DNA of 63,246 nt, the filler included, from Intoshia linei (taxonomy: Eukaryota; Animalia; Orthonectida): NCBI GenBank assembly GCA_001642005.1. It is 4 parts of 4 records of this genome, joined end to end, with 100 filler letters (N's around TTAATTAATTAA, not from the genome) between each part and the next. Parts side by side here need not be neighbours in the genome. Positions count along the whole stretch, not along the records: positions 1 to 27,521 come from LWCA01000437.1; positions 27,622 to 49,194 come from LWCA01000636.1; 2 more parts are not named here. The stretch is one strand, 5' to 3'. This document shows positions 12,294 to 28,042 of the stretch, one piece after another. Made by a program: the position numbers and the translations under genes. The notes beneath the pieces were generated by a model that was not told the DNA's origin, ran no database searches, and was given only the letters and a program-made list of their open reading frames with translations. Each line of letters opens with the position of its first letter. Within the stretch, counting starts at the first letter, position 1.

Positions 12294-14344
12294 GTTATTC
12301 CAGTTCAGTTAGCACATTAAATGAAATCTAAATTCAAATTGAGAATATAAATATCAAAAAATTTGTAAACAACTTACAATCAAATTGGATGCGAGATAAA
12401 ATCTGTCGACGTAATTAATTTAGCAAAGATTTCTAATATCACTTAAATTTTATTGAATAGTGTTTGAATATAGCAATTGTCTATTGCGAAAAATTTTCAT
12501 TATCTTTCATACTAGTGACGCTCTCACTTATTTACAACAATAACAGTTAGCAACTTATGTTTCAGTAAAATTTATTTGTTGGTTGTTATTGCTTTGATCG
12601 AGATTATTAAATTAATTAGTTTCAAATCAACTATATTATCAATTTAATTTTTTGTGTTTACATAAATTTGCAACCTATGATTGAACAAATTTTAAGAATT
12701 GTGTTTAGTTGAAACCAAATTTGTTGCAAAATTATCTTGTTGTTAATGCTAGATTCAGGTGTATTTATTGGAAAAATAGTATAAATCTATAGATCTATAG
12801 CAATTTAAATTTTGTTAGTTAACTGGCTTAACTGCACATCGTAGACTGATTAAAATTTAGTCCTAATTTAATGCAATATCATCTTTAATTAGTGATAGTT
12901 AATTTAATTTTGTAAAGTAAATAATTCTGAACGAATCGTACGATGGTGCTGCCGTAAATTCAACAAATACACTCACTTGATCCTTTTATTTTTAAAACTC
13001 AAATTACTCTTAATAGCATTTTTTCAAACGTATAAAATTAAAATTACCGCACATTTGTCAAATTAGTCGGAAATTCAATTAATTTAAAACAATTCTTTGG
13101 TAAGAAAATAATTACATTTAAATATAACGATTTGATACTCTAGTTTCGTCTGTTGTGAATGACAAATTTTGTATAAAATTAAATAATTTAGAGTAGTCTG
13201 GAATGCGACACATAATCATAAATGTAGTGACAAGATTAACTATACACTTCGCAGACTGATTACAAAGTGGTTATCAACAAGTGGTCATAATCGAGTACTC
13301 TCGCGCGACAGCTTAAACAACGGACATCTTTGAACAGCTGAATAAATATTTTGTCTTCTCCAATCAAGAGTTCGATATGGAGATAGCAAACTACAGTCAC
13401 TTTCTTGTGACCTAGTTTACAATAAAAATCAATTTGTTATTTCTATAACATTCAAATTCTTTCTTACTCTAATAATGTCATTTTTACATTTATTCCATTG
13501 TGCACAATTTCCGTTTTACACATGTTTTGTAGTTTGCAGTTAATTTCAACAACTTTAAGTAGAGCACTCGTATTTTTTATAACATTATGTTTAACATCGT
13601 GTTAGATTTTATTTCATTAGTTTCATAACTTATTTTACTATATTTATCACTATGTTTTTTTATAAAATTTTATGTCAATCAAACAGTCTTAAGTTTATAT
13701 TACTAAATTTAAAATTCAGAAAATAATGGATTCATTACCGTTGTCATCTTTCGGATGGTCCCAGTGATATATGAACCATTTACCGAGTTGTACCTGTACA
13801 GAGTACAGGTTATATTGTACAGTAAAATGTACTAATACGATAATTATCTGTATGGCATATATTTATAGAACCCATCTGCATTCCACATATCTCAAATAAT
13901 ATACTTTTGACAGTGTAATTGATATGTTTGTGTACTCATGATGTGATTGTATTATTTACAAATTTTTAATTTAATTGTCATTTTCAAAACAAATAATGCT
14001 AATATTGATTTATCCAATAATTATTATAATACAGTGTATAATGTAAATCAAGTGTCAATCTATGGCCCTTTGCATAAATTTTTGTTATCCTCAGATAAAA
14101 TTTGAAATTATTGGTGTATTGCAGAGTTCCCAAACTATTGTAATTTATTTAATTTTATAAAAAATTATCATTTTTTTATAAACACATTTGCGACGTACAT
14201 TGGATGTTTATATTAAAATGTATGTTGTACAACACCGTCATCGTTCGAATTTAAAGTTTAAAGCTGTTTGATTCATCAGGGGCGCACCCAAGAGTCTAGT
14301 TAATGGGGTGCAAGCGAAGCAAGCAATATATTTAACTTATTATT

Positions 14345-15760
14345 TTAACTTATATAAAATGCGACGCGATTTTTGTTTGTGTGTGTCTGTGTGTGTGTTC
14401 AGCTTTATTTAAATAACTACCCGTCTTAGAATTTTTTAAAGACAACATTTCAACTACAGTTTTTTTCGAGACGTATATTAAGATTTATTTCAACCTCACA
14501 ATTTCACATCTTAAGGGTCAAAAACCCCTATTGTTCCTCTTTTTGAAAATCAAACAAGTTGGAGAATTTAAAAAAATATATACGCTGATGCGGATTTTAA
14601 AATCATAAACATTATCATAAATTTAAATTTCAAAAAATTATATCTTCATGGCCAAAAACTTAAAAAATTCCCTTTCTTTTTTTTTGAAAACAGCCCTAGA
14701 ATTTCAAAAAATTTACAGGGTTATCAGGTAGAGTTGTATCATGTTAACACACATAAAAAATTTCAATTCGAATAAGTGACGACTTCACGGTCAAAAAAGA
14801 ATTTTAGTATTCATATATTTTTTTTTGGAAATATTTTATTAAAACAAAAAATATGAAATAATTAACTGTCCAAAAATTAAAAAAAATGATTATTCTGATA
14901 GAGCCTATTCCATTTGATATAAATACAAAATGTCAACTCCAGAAATCTACGCATTCCCGGTGAAAAATAATTTTTAATATATTATCAACCAATATTTTTC
15001 AAATATTTCGAATTAAAATCAAAAATTGAAAATGTAAATATTGATCTAACAGTTTCAAAAAAAATGTGTATTGTACGTCTACGCATTTCCAATAAAGACA
15101 TATGGGTGAGAATCTATATAATTCATTCCTTCGCAATTTTTTAATTTCCAATTTTTATTTTCATTTTCAAAACATTTTTTATAATCTTCAAATTTCAACA
15201 TTACAGCAACGAATTTATAAAATTAAATTTATATTAACTGAAACGTGTTATTTTTTTTATTGATAATTGTTACAAATTTAACATAAAAGTAAATAAAGAC
15301 AAAAGTTAACATTCACAAGAAAAAAGGCCAAAAGTATGGACACATTTTTAACATTAATGATTTTTATATTACAATCCTGTGCAATAATGGTAAAATTCGA
15401 CTGAAATATTAATTAAGTGTAGATTCAATTAATTATTTATACACTTTTAGTATTTTTAAGTAATATATTAAATACTAAATTTATTTATTAAATTGATACT
15501 AAATATATGTCATCACATTGAAAATGACAAAATATGTTTTCATAATTTTATTTTTTCTGGAATTTATGCTATTTATGACAATTTTTAGGATTGGACTGTT
15601 TTTACTTTAATTTTTTACGCAAATTTTAACAAAAAAAACTAAGATGAAATAATTTATTTTAAAGTAAAAAGTAATGTGATATGACGGTTCCACCTGAAAC
15701 ACATTTGGGAATTATTTAAAAGATTGATAATAGGAAATAGTATTTTTAAGTTAGATTTTA
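14345..15760 (+). mobile_element. Long Helitron-like copy, 3' terminus not seen
   Basis: Contains both the 5' block shared with 2277-2931 and the subterminal block shared with 26100-26400 and 58420-58810. Confidence 0.6.
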
Positions 15761-16228
15761 GATTAGTTAGATTAAAAAATGCTTCACATTTATATCTTAA
15801 GAAACAGTTTATAAGTTTTAAAGTGTGGGAATTCAAATAGCTAGAAAGAAAATAGTCTAAAAAATCCAAATTCTGGTAAATATTTAATTTAAAATATATT
15901 CTACAATGTTTATCATATAATATTGACATAAAAACTGTTTCAAATAATAATATTATTGATTAAAACTTTTCCATTAAGTGAATATTCCAAAAAAAATGTA
16001 GAAAATCTTTGATTTTCTCTGACTAATTTTTAAAAAATGGGTCCTAAAATTTTTTTTATCGCTTCGCTCAAAACTTTAAAGGACCTTCGGTCCAATGCTT
16101 AGCCCAGGGTCACGAAGTGGCTTAAGACGGCTCTAATAATACGTATGATGTGTAATGCATTGCTACTCAGATACGAACCCAACTGGTTCGAGAAACCAAA
16201 ATCAAAGATCTCTAAAAATTCTAAACGA

Positions 16229-16270
16229 TGCGCAATGGCATAGTGGATATGGGTCTGGATTCCAGACTCA
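16229..16270 (+). pseudogene. tRNA-derived 5' half (A-box; Trp-like anticodon arm)
   Basis: TGGCATAGTGG fits the Pol III A-box and is followed by TCTGGATTCCAGA. No T-arm or B-box follows. Confidence 0.3.
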
Positions 16271-18711
16271 TGAATGACAATTATGATATAGTAAAATAGA
16301 CTTATATCTTTACTTATATACTTTTATTAATTACTTATTTAATTACTCATGTACATCTGTTATTGTTTATTTCAATAACTAAGAGTGTTAGAATTTTAAC
16401 AATTCCACATTTCTATTATAGTTTTTTCCTAGGCTTACCGTAAGATAAATTTCAATTTCAGAAACTCACATCTTACCCAATTAACAATTAAAAAAAACTA
16501 AATTATAATTAAAAAAGGAAATATACAAAAAATATACTCTTATACAGATTTAAAATCATGAATATCATCATAAATTTATATTTAAAAAAAATATATCTAT
16601 AGGTTCAAAACCCAAAATACCCGTTTTGAAAAAATGAAAATAGTCTTGGAATTTTAAAAAAAATTACAATTCATACAGTTATCTCCACATATTATACACA
16701 AAAAAATTTGATCTTTCTAAGTGAGGTCTTCACGGTCAAAAAAGCACTTTTATAATCAACTATTGTTTTATATAAGAATAATATTTTAGATATGAATAAT
16801 ATTTTAGATAACAAATTAATATTTAATGTATAGAAATTTAATACAAATTTTTTTTGAAATTGTAGGATGATCTTTTATTTGCGATAAAACATCACTCTCG
16901 AAAAAATTTAATAAAAATATGAAATTTGTAAAAATCGACATTTTTATGTAAACTATTTTATATAAGTAATGATTTTCGATAAAGTTAAATCGATAGTATA
17001 AAATTTTGTTAGATCTAAAATTTTTTGATTTTACATGTTAATAAAAAAGACACATTTATGAAAGAGTTAAAATTGTTATATAAACAGTATAATACTCTTT
17101 ATATACGACGCCAAACCACCCTTTATTACGGAATTTCACAAATAGGGTTAATAGGAAAAATTCTTGATGAATATGCACTATTCTGATAGTTCGATGAATG
17201 AAAATTTTTAAGATATCTATTTTTGGTGAAATAGAGGTTTAAAGTTAAATGTGAAATATTTATTTTAAATTTTTAATAAAATTTTAATAATTCATATGAT
17301 GTCATAATTACCTTAAATAGAAATTATTGGGGTCAAAAATTTTTTTTAAGTTTTTGAGTCTGGGTACCAACTGTGAAGTATGTTTAAAACCGCAGCTTTA
17401 GTATTATGCATTTATTAGAATATTATAAGGTATAGAAAATTGAAATTCTTTATAACATCAAGGGTAAAAATTTAAATTTTATTGAAAAAACATTTATTAT
17501 GTTGATTTATCGATTTCATTCAATATTCTAAATTAAAAATAAAAATGAATTCATAAAGTATATAAAGTGGAATACAATTAATTAATTAGTACATTTTACA
17601 TTCGATAAGAGCCAAACCCATCCTACTGATACCTCTGATTAGGGACAACTACGAAATTATCTAAAGTGTGCTCATTTTTTCACATGAAGCTTTTAAAAAT
17701 TTTTATATTTTTCAATATAAAACTGTATCATATTTAAATTCTCGCATCCAAACTCTTGAAAAGTTGACTAAGAGCTGAATGAAATGATAATTCGGTTAGG
17801 ATTTTTTAAAAACCTATTTTGATTATCGATATCTATATGTAGGGTGCGGCTCTGCACTGAACCCTCTAATATTTACAGATTCCGTTATTCATCAACTTTG
17901 GAAGCTTTTTTAGTAAAAAAAATCCAAATAAAAATTTCTAAAAAAATGCGTGTGCTCTCATAATTTAAATTACATGGAATGATAAACCATTTCGTATTCA
18001 TAATATTAAAAAGTTATTATTGTAAAAATTAAAATATTACTAAAATGAACTGACTAAAATAAATAAAATTAATATACTTATTATAAGCCTTATGCATATT
18101 GTATTATAGTATAATGATTATATTACACGGTGTATAATAATTATACATAGTGTGTCAATTTATTAGGCAGATCACTAAAATTCATCTAATAAACTTTAGG
18201 AATAATGAAAACTTAATTTTTCTTTGTAATTAGTAGGCTTTTAAGTGTAAATAATATAGTATTCTCTCCTCAATTTGCCAATTCTCTAACTCGCTAATTT
18301 TATCTAAATCCTAAGAATGACAAGTTGTAGAGAGTATACTGTAATTAATAATTAAATGTAATATAAATTATAAATATTATAAATTATAATTACTAATTAT
18401 ACATGTATTTAATATGATATTGATAAAATAATTACCTTTGACTATAGTTTAACATATAATATATAGTATTATAATATTGTATTAATATACATACAAAACA
18501 TTTGTAAAATGTATTTTAATAATAATGAAGATAATCATAACATCTAATAATCAATATATTTACAATCTAAAATAACACAAATTAAATATATACATTTTAT
18601 AAATCTTTTTTAAAACTTTTGTAATGATTAAACTGACTTAAAAACAGATTTATTCAAAAATATTTTTTTCGATCATTTCAATAAATTGTTTTATTTAGTC
18701 TATTTTAGATA

Positions 18712-18987
18712 CAGTGAGTTGTAAAACTATAAATTCGCTCCACTTTTTGATGAAGCAATTGTAATACCGTTTAAACAAAATTTTTTCGACCAAATTAATT
18801 ATTATTTATATTAATATATATTAAAAACATCTAAAAATTAATTAAAAATAAAATTATATGGAGACATTTCCACTTTTTTACAGTTTTAGTTATTGTTTAG
18901 ATTTTTTTATCGTTATAAAAATATATATGAAGCATTATACTTGCTTCATCAAAAATGGGGGTGTATGCAGATTTTTGCAACCCACTG
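18712..18987. mobile_element. Tc1/mariner-type MITE
   Basis: Imperfect TIRs of ~50 bp, CAGTGAGTTGTAAAA..TTTTTGATGAAGCAA / TTGCTTCATCAAAAA..TTTTGCAACCCACTG, flanked by TA on both sides. Confidence 0.75.
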
Positions 18988-20401
18988 TAAAAAATTAATT
19001 TACATTGTACAATTTACAATGCAGATGTAATGTGTATTTAATACTATTATTACAGTACATGTCGCATAAAATTTACTTTCTATTTTAATTTAATTGTGTA
19101 TTTATTTTATGTTAATCAGATCTTTATGTCTCAAATTAGTATGCTTAACTGAAACAAATACGAAATTAATTAATTGTTAAAAACAAATTCTTTAACAAAT
19201 GAGTAAAAACGTTGGAAATCATTGATGTGAAGGGTTTATAATTTTATCCATATTTTGATATGTTTAAAAAATTTATCGTATATTAAAAAATGAAAATCTT
19301 TAATGATAAATTAAATGGCTTTAATTTAAAACGTGACCACACATTTCTCTGAACGTAGATCCAAATTTGGATATAAGTATGTATTATTTACGCCCTATAA
19401 TAATTTTATTATTATTATAGCTATATCACCTATAGTAATTAGATACATGTGTCTACAAATATATTGATGATGAGTTATTAAATGACACTGTTAATCATCT
19501 TAAAAATTATAATAAATTTAATAGTTAATACTACAAATAAAGATAAGTTCAAATTAAAACTGGTAATTTTAAATCGCTGAGTAGTGCGATATTGTTGCAA
19601 TAATATGAAAAACTAAAATTATACAAGTTAGTTTTAGCTCATTTCTCATGCCATACGGCGCTGGATTTCTTTAAAACTTTTAAATTCTATTTTTGGCGAA
19701 AAATAAAACCGAACGTCAATTCGTTTCAAAATGTGAACATTAGGATTTACAATATAAAAATTGTTAAATAAATATCAAAAATAAAGTAAATCAATATACA
19801 TGTGGTTTGTAAAGTAAATGAAATTGTGTATTACAAACTAATATAATTAAATGTACATTAATAATATTATTATGAATTATTCCAGTATACACTAAAAGTG
19901 ATATAATTTACAGTTCTCTAATTTGTTAAATATTATTTCTTATATATTGCTACTCATTAAATTTTAATGTGAATATAATTATATAAGTATATACATTATG
20001 TACTTGTAAATAATAAAAAGCCAAAGTACAAAATTGTACAGACTGCTACTGATTACTCTCAAAGATTAGATGAATATATACACCTGTAACCTAATTTATT
20101 GAAAACAATAATTGTTGTGTTCATAGCAATAGATTCGAATGAATATTAGCGAAAAGAATATGACTTGTAAAAAGTTAAAAAATTAAATTTTTTCATTATA
20201 AGATCATTGTATAATATATATTTCTTCGTTTTTAACATTAGTGCTACACATTTGCTAAAATGTAATAAAAAGTGGAATAAAACTTTGATATTAATTAATG
20301 TTGATTTATTTTCATCAAAAATAAAAGTTAGAAACTATATTTGACCCGTAAAATGAATTATAAAATGTAAGAGAACGGGAATTTACGGATCGGGTCATAA
20401 C

Positions 20402-21345
20402 CAGGCCAGTGGAGAGGGGCTAAGACCATATGACCGGGCCTACAACCATGAGGGTTTAGGTTTTAAATTTATTTATGGGTAATGTTAGAAAATTTCGTAA
20501 TTGTATACCAAAAGTATTGTATAATAAAATGTATTAGAGCCATTATCTAGCAAATAAAATATAAAAATTTCAATTTAAGTGACTTACAAAAAATAATATT
20601 CAAGACTTATACGAGTTTCAGTTACGAGATCAAGGTATAATAGAATATGAGATGAGATAATAACATAATATTTAACAGATATTTCCAAAATTCAAAAAAA
20701 TTTATTCTTTTAATTAGATTATAAATTTGGTTCAAAATACGCATAAAATGTTACTACTTTACGAATTGAACTTATTATTTACGTTATACATTTATGATAT
20801 TATTAAATTGTAAATTATAACCACCAAACGGTGCTTCACTTCTGTTCTGATAAATTAACACTTGCACTAAAATTAATATCAGTATAATTATATATTTTAA
20901 TAATGAACTCATGTTTTTACATTTTAACCGCATTATTTTAATGCGCATTCGATGGAGTATGCATACTTTTATGAACTTTACCATGTACTGTTATTATTTT
21001 TTTAGTCAACATTGGAGTGGTTATAATGCATTACTTTTGAGAATGTATTTTAAAATATATATATAGTATATTTTATTTTTTTATGTCATAATATCTTAAT
21101 ATTAAATTTTGTAGTATCCTGAAAATATACGAATAAACTAGAAATATGGTAGCATATAATTTAAATTTATTGTTTTTTTAATTTATGACAGAGAATGGCT
21201 CATTAACAGTTCAATTAGTTATTTATAATTTTTAGATAATGAACTATCGATTAACCAATGTATAGAAGTCCCATTTTTTAAACAAAATTTTATAGGGGCC
21301 TAATTTCCATCTGACCTGGCCTACTGCTGACTCTCCACGGCCATG
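20402..21345. mobile_element. hAT-like MITE
   Basis: TIRs CAGGCCAGTGGAGAG / CTCTCCACGGCCATG. Flanks GTCATAAC and GTCATACA match at 6 of 8 positions. Confidence 0.55.
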
Positions 21346-24300
21346 GTCATACACAATATGATTCCTACTAAGTATTAATACTATGTAATACATGAATTGT
21401 ATTTGAATAATTCTATAATTTAATATATAATTATTACTATCTTGAAATATATGAATTAGAGCACATAATTTTATCATCCCATTTATACAGTATTGTTATT
21501 TAGTATAGCTATTAAAAATTCGCTATATTGGGTCTTAGTTTAAATGACAGGTTTAAGTTAACGATAAGAAAGAAAAACGGAAAATTAATTAAAAATTTAT
21601 TATTAAATCCTGTTATATTACTTAAATTATAATAATACTTGTATCCTTCATTAATACTTTTTTGTATGAAAAAAATAACTATTTAGGATTTAAAAAATTA
21701 TTTTAAAGTATATATATTTACTGTAGGAAATAACTTATTTAAAACGGTTGTAATTTTGTTGTTTGATTGATAATTTGTTAAAATTCTATGCTATTTCTAC
21801 TAACATTCAAATATTGTTTTGTTTTTATGTGAGAATCTACACAAAACGACTTGTACTTTTTCAAAATTGACCACTACATTAATCAATTAAAAAAAAATGA
21901 ATTAAATAAAAAAGTTAGTGAGCATTACAGATAAATTTTAATGATCCGCCAAATTTATTTAATAAAATTTTTTAGCAGAACCGAAAATATCAGACCCTTT
22001 TTTATTGAAATTTTTTTAAATAATGTCTACAAGTGACTAAATATGTTTAAAACGGATTTTCTCGTATTGTAAATAGAAAAAAATTTATTTTATTGACTAA
22101 AACTCGCAATATTCATAACATGCACAATACAAGGTACATTATATTGATTTATAATATAAGGTAATAAGTGTATACAAAAAAATTTAAGAGGTTTTGGAAT
22201 TTTTTTATGTCGCTGCGGGCGCTGTGGTGAAAAAGGTTACTAAAATCTGCATCAACTGAATGAAACCAGATTTTTATGAAATTTTTTTATGAGAAAATGT
22301 TTACCTTTTTCTTCTAAAATGATTTATAATTGAGTACATTGGTCATCATTTTAATTAATACTTTAATTAATAAAATGTGTAATTAATATGTTAATAATTT
22401 TAAATTTACTCAACACTATGAATTCATGTATTGATAAGTAATATAAACGTATAGTGATGTTCATGAAGACAAAAAAGCTATGCCATATGAGACTTACAGT
22501 CAAAGTGACAAGTGAAACATCTGTAAATGAAAAATGAAATGATCAAATTACTTTCTAAAAATGGGTAATAATTAGAGTAATGAACATTGTTTTCAGTAAA
22601 ACCCTATTAGCTCTGCACGTGTATAAATTTTTCGATACAACGTCAATCCTACAATTTCTAAGTTATAAAAAACATATTGATCCCTATTTTTAAATTATGC
22701 AGTACATATGTAATTTTAATTAACTCTTGAAAAATAGTTTCGTGTCAAAAATGCCAAATATACATAAATGTATACTAGACATTAAAAAATAAATTCAATA
22801 GAAACAAAAAAATAAAAATACTATACATGTATATTATACTATATGTATATGTATATTATTATTATTATTGTCTATGATATTACATGTATATTAATTACCA
22901 ATCTCTTTAAGTTCTTTCAGTTTAATTTTATCCAGTTCTTTTTCTTTTTCTAATGGATAAAATATTAATTTATATTAATAAGAAATAAATTGCGAATTAC
23001 TTTTTGATTAATTAAAATTTTATAGAGTTTGAATTGAAATTTTAAAAAACGACTTATATTTGAAAAAAATAACGTTAACTATAAAAATTGATTTTATATC
23101 ATGAAAAAACGACTTTATCCACTGAAAACATCTACAAAAATATTTTTCTATTACATTATGGGTGTGACTTTTGTTTGTGTGTGTGTTCCCTTTATTTAAA
23201 TAACTACCCGTCTTAGAATTTTATAAAGTCCACATTTCAATTACAGTTTTTTCCGGGGTGTTCACAAAATAAATTTCAATCTCCCAAACTTAAATCTTAC
23301 GGGTCAAAAACCACCAATGTTCTTTTTTTAAAAATCAAACAGGTAGGAGAATTTAAAAAAATATATACGCTTATGTTGGTATTTTTAAGTACATTTATTA
23401 TTATTGGTACTGAATATATATCATCACATTAAAAATTACAAAATAGATTTTTATAATTTTATTTTTTCTGAAATTGTATTTAATTATTTAATTCATACTT
23501 ATTATTTTTTCCTTTTTGTCTAAATTTATCGTTTTAGCATATTTAAAATGTACATTATTTAGGAGATATGATGATATATGATATTAATTTAATATTAAAG
23601 AGGAAGCTTTGAAACTTTATACCCCTTAGATACAAGTCGTATCATATGACCAGTGTCGAACCTACCGCAGTGAGACTCCTTTCGGGAGCTTTTTTCAAAG
23701 AAATTATTGTAAAATGGCCCCTCATTTTTACACATTGAGTATTAAAAAAATTATATTTTTAAATAATGACTAGATTAATGATAGATTTAAATAATGATTA
23801 GACAATAGTGAGCAAAGTGATTGTAATTTACTTTTACATAGAGTTTTATGGGCTATTATAGAAATAGTTGACATCTGCTCGTTTTCATAAAAATTTTTTA
23901 GGATTGCTCGGAATGTGAAATATACATATGTATGATTCATAAATATTACGTGTTCATTTTAAAATTTCACGTCAACAACCTTGGACAGATGGATAGGGAT
24001 ATAGGGATATAAGCGGTTTTTTTATTTTTGGGAGGCCTCGAGCTTGATATGTTTAGCTGTGAATACTACTCTCTAAAAAATAAACAGTACAAAAAATACT
24101 TTGCCATATTCATTAAATTAACTAAAGCCAAAATTAATAACCAAATTACTATTAAACCAATTAAACAAATAATTAGATATCAGTAACATGCCATTTTCTA
24201 ATTCAAAAAATTTTAAAAAAATATAATAAATTTTATTAATGTTTCTAAATTGTTAATTTCAGTATCCGATACTGAGAAATACAAGTTTTCAAATATATCA

Positions 24301-25899
24301 TAAAAGATATAAAATTTAAGTACAATAATAATTTTATTCACATTAATAATTATGACATTATAATTTAATTGTAATAAAAATAAATGTTTTTTAGGACTTG
24401 AGAATTATACTAGGTTCAATTTAATATTAATACAGTACATATTGAAGTACATATATAATATATGTGTACGGTGTGCCCATGAAAAAAATGTATTTATTTT
24501 TTAAGCAGTTTTAATATTCACAGGTTTAACCTTTTTATAGTAAAACTTATCAATTATCCATTTTTTTGTCCTTGAATACGCATTTTTTCAAAAATATGTA
24601 CACATTTGCATAAAATCTAACTTATCTTTTCACAATAAAATGTTTTATTTCATTTGAATTATCAAAATATTAAACTAAATAAATCATGGCAACAATTTTT
24701 AAAGGTACAAGATATGGTCACACTGGATTAGTAAACAGTTTGAGAGTATTTAATTTTTTATAATTATATTATAATATAAAGTTTATATATCGTATCATTA
24801 CTGGTTTTAACTATTAAAATATAATGTTAAATATAAATGTTAATAAGTTTCATAATAAGAAGAAAAGTACAATTAAATATTTTAATAGTTGAATTAATAA
24901 AAAAAAAAAAATTCAACTTTAAAAAATATTTCTTTATGAAACCTAGTAAATCTGGTGTAGTTTTTTTTGTGATCACGAATTATATATTTTATGCAAATTT
25001 GGGTAAGAAATAATGATCAACAAAAATAAGGTAATAAATCATTTAATTTGATATATCAGATTTGTGTTTTGTGTTTTTTGCTAGTTTAAATGGTCAACTG
25101 ATTAAATCAAGCATTTTAATCAATTTCAACAAAAAATTAAGATAATTTTTATTTAGTAGACGTAGTACATAGTGCTTACTCTCGAAAAATTCAAACAATT
25201 TTAAATTTAAAATTGTATTTAAAAATTTTCTAAAATGGTGTTTGTTACATGAATGCAAAAATAAAATCTTATTTAAAAACAATACTTGAAACCATAATTA
25301 TTTTACAAAGTTTAAAAAATACAGATGTAAAGTTGAAAAATTTTCTATCTTATAGATATTTTTAGCTTAATTAATACACTTAGTCAAAATTTGTAAAGAA
25401 AAAAATGTGACTTAAATATTACTAATGTGACTATAATACATCTACGTAATTAGGTATATTTTATTAATTTACCGTCTAATAATTTAGTTGATCCACATTA
25501 ATAGAATTTATAAATTAAGATAAATTTTTTATTTTTGTCCATTATATAATTATTAAGCAATTACAAGCTAAAAATAAAAAATAGCAATTAATATTAAAAT
25601 TTTAATTTTAATGCGTGTTACACATTATACGCGTTACGCGTATATGTAACCCAAACGGTTCAATTTAAAAATCAGTTTTTTTGCGTCAAAATGTATGGTA
25701 AGTATATGATAGTTAATTAATTAAGAAATCATAATCTGTCCTTACATATATATTGTCAATAAATCCATTGTCAACTGATTTTTGACCCTCGAGCAAGAAA
25801 TAGTCGCCATTGGCGATTTGCCACCTGTAAAGAACACTGTTATAAATATTATTTCAAATCAATTTTTCAGATACAATACTCGACAAAAATTTGTTTAAA

Positions 25900-26492
25900 A
25901 TTTAAATTAAAACTACAACAACGAATTACTAAATGTAATACCACTTTTTTATTACTATTTTTATATTTATTACAATTCTTTGCAATATTGGTAAAATTCA
26001 TTTAAAATATATTTATAAACTGCTGATTCTGTTAATTATTGATACATAATTAGTATTTTTAAGTATTTATTAATTGGTACTGAATATATATTATCATATT
26101 GAAAATGGATAATTAGTTTTTATAATATTTTTTTTTTTGGAATTTATGCTATTTATGACAATTTTTAGAATTGGATTGTTTTTACTTTATTTTTAATATT
26201 ATACACACATTTTGTGTGATAAATTAAAAAATGGGATAACAATTGTTTTTAAAATTTTTTACGCAAATTTTAACAAAAAAAATTAAAATAAAATAATTCA
26301 CTTTAAAGTAATAAGTAATGTGATATGACGGTTCCACCTGAAACACATTTAGAAACCATTTAAAAGATTGATAATATTGAATGGGATTTTTAAGTTAGAT
26401 TTTCAACGTGAATTTATTTTTATCGTAGAATACAAATGTGCCCTCGGCAGAGTTAGTTCCTGTTTGTACGTAGTACATAACAGTCAATTTAG
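25900..26492 (+). mobile_element. Helitron-like element, 3' part
   Basis: Colinear with 3597-4116. Ends GCCCTCGGCAGAG..TGTACGTAGTACATAACAGTCAATTTAG|T. Confidence 0.65.
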
Positions 26493-28042
26493 TCATATTA
26501 TAATATTATAATGAAATTAAGTGAAATGTACTTTTCACTAGAAGAATGTAATGAATTATAAATTATAACAAAAATGCAACATTATAAAAAAAGTAAAAAT
26601 TACTCTCTAAGTTAAAGATAATAAACATGTTGCAGAATATTACTGTAAAAAATTTATAAATCATCATTAAATACTTTCTATTTAAAAAAATAAAAATGTA
26701 CTAATGGATATATACTACATGTATGTAATGCATATAATATAATATACCGGCTATTGTGAACATACATTAATATTTATTTTTGAGTATCAACAATGCATAT
26801 TTTGCATTGTATTGTATAGTTAAATAAATGCTACTAAGAATATGTATACTCTCTACATTTATATATCGTTAGGTAATAGATGTATTTAATCATTAATAGA
26901 TACATGTATATTAATCATTGATATTTTATGCGTATCATTAAATTTTATGAAGCCTATTTACTTTCTAAATTTAATATATAATGGTAATAATAAAAATTGA
27001 AATTTATAAACTTAAATGAGTTAATTTATAAAAATTCGTAATAAATAGTATTTTAAAGCGTACTTTCTATAAAATAAAACATTTGATATGAATTTTTGGA
27101 GATATATTAACAATTATGGATATTTTTAAATTTAAATATTGTAAATAAGTATTAAAATTCTTTTTATATTATTTAAAGTAAAATAACATTTACCATCTGT
27201 TAAATTGATATTGATATATTATTATTTATAACAATATATTATTGTGTTAATTATATTAACTTTTATGTATTTTATATTTTATTGTTTCAGCTATATTTAC
27301 TATCTTAAAATAGGGAATAATGATCAAAATGTTTACTTGAAATATAAATTTATATATATTAACATGTATTAATTTACATTTTAATTACAATATTTTATTA
27401 AATATTTAATTTTACATTCTAATTGAATTTAGTTGATGTAGCATTTTAGATTTTTATTTGATATTTTATTATTTTTTAAAATTACTGACTGCAATTAATA
27501 ATTGTATTATTATAATAAACANNNNNNNNNNNNNNNNNNNNNNNNNNNNNNNNNNNNNNNNNNNNTTAATTAATTAANNNNNNNNNNNNNNNNNNNNNNN
27601 NNNNNNNNNNNNNNNNNNNNNAAGGGTTGGTAAAATTTGGATTTTTCCTTAGGGGTTTGTAAAAGTGGATTTTTCCCTTAAAGGTTAAGTTGGACATCAT
27701 GATTCATGATGTCTACCGTTTACACATTTTTTTTCGTTCATAAATTATTTGGATTATATCGGACAATTTTTAATAACAATGACTCATTATTAATGAGTTA
27801 TATTTCAGTTTATCAAATATAAAAGTGGATCTTTTTAAATTTGTGGTTTTTGACCCTGAATATCCACATTTCTGATATTACATCACTTGAAAATTGATAT
27901 TAGAATTGGATTTTTTTATTATATGCTTAACATTTTAGCAGGAACAAATTAAATTTAGATAGTATAAAATTTATTCAAATAAAGGATTCAATATCCCTTG
28001 GTGATATTTACTATAAGCGATAATTTGCATATATAAGTACAA

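Noticed and set aside
27522-27620. TTAATTAATTAA between N runs (also 49195-49294 and 60987-61086)
   Set aside because: An identical all-frame-stop spacer in all three gaps is an assembly linker.
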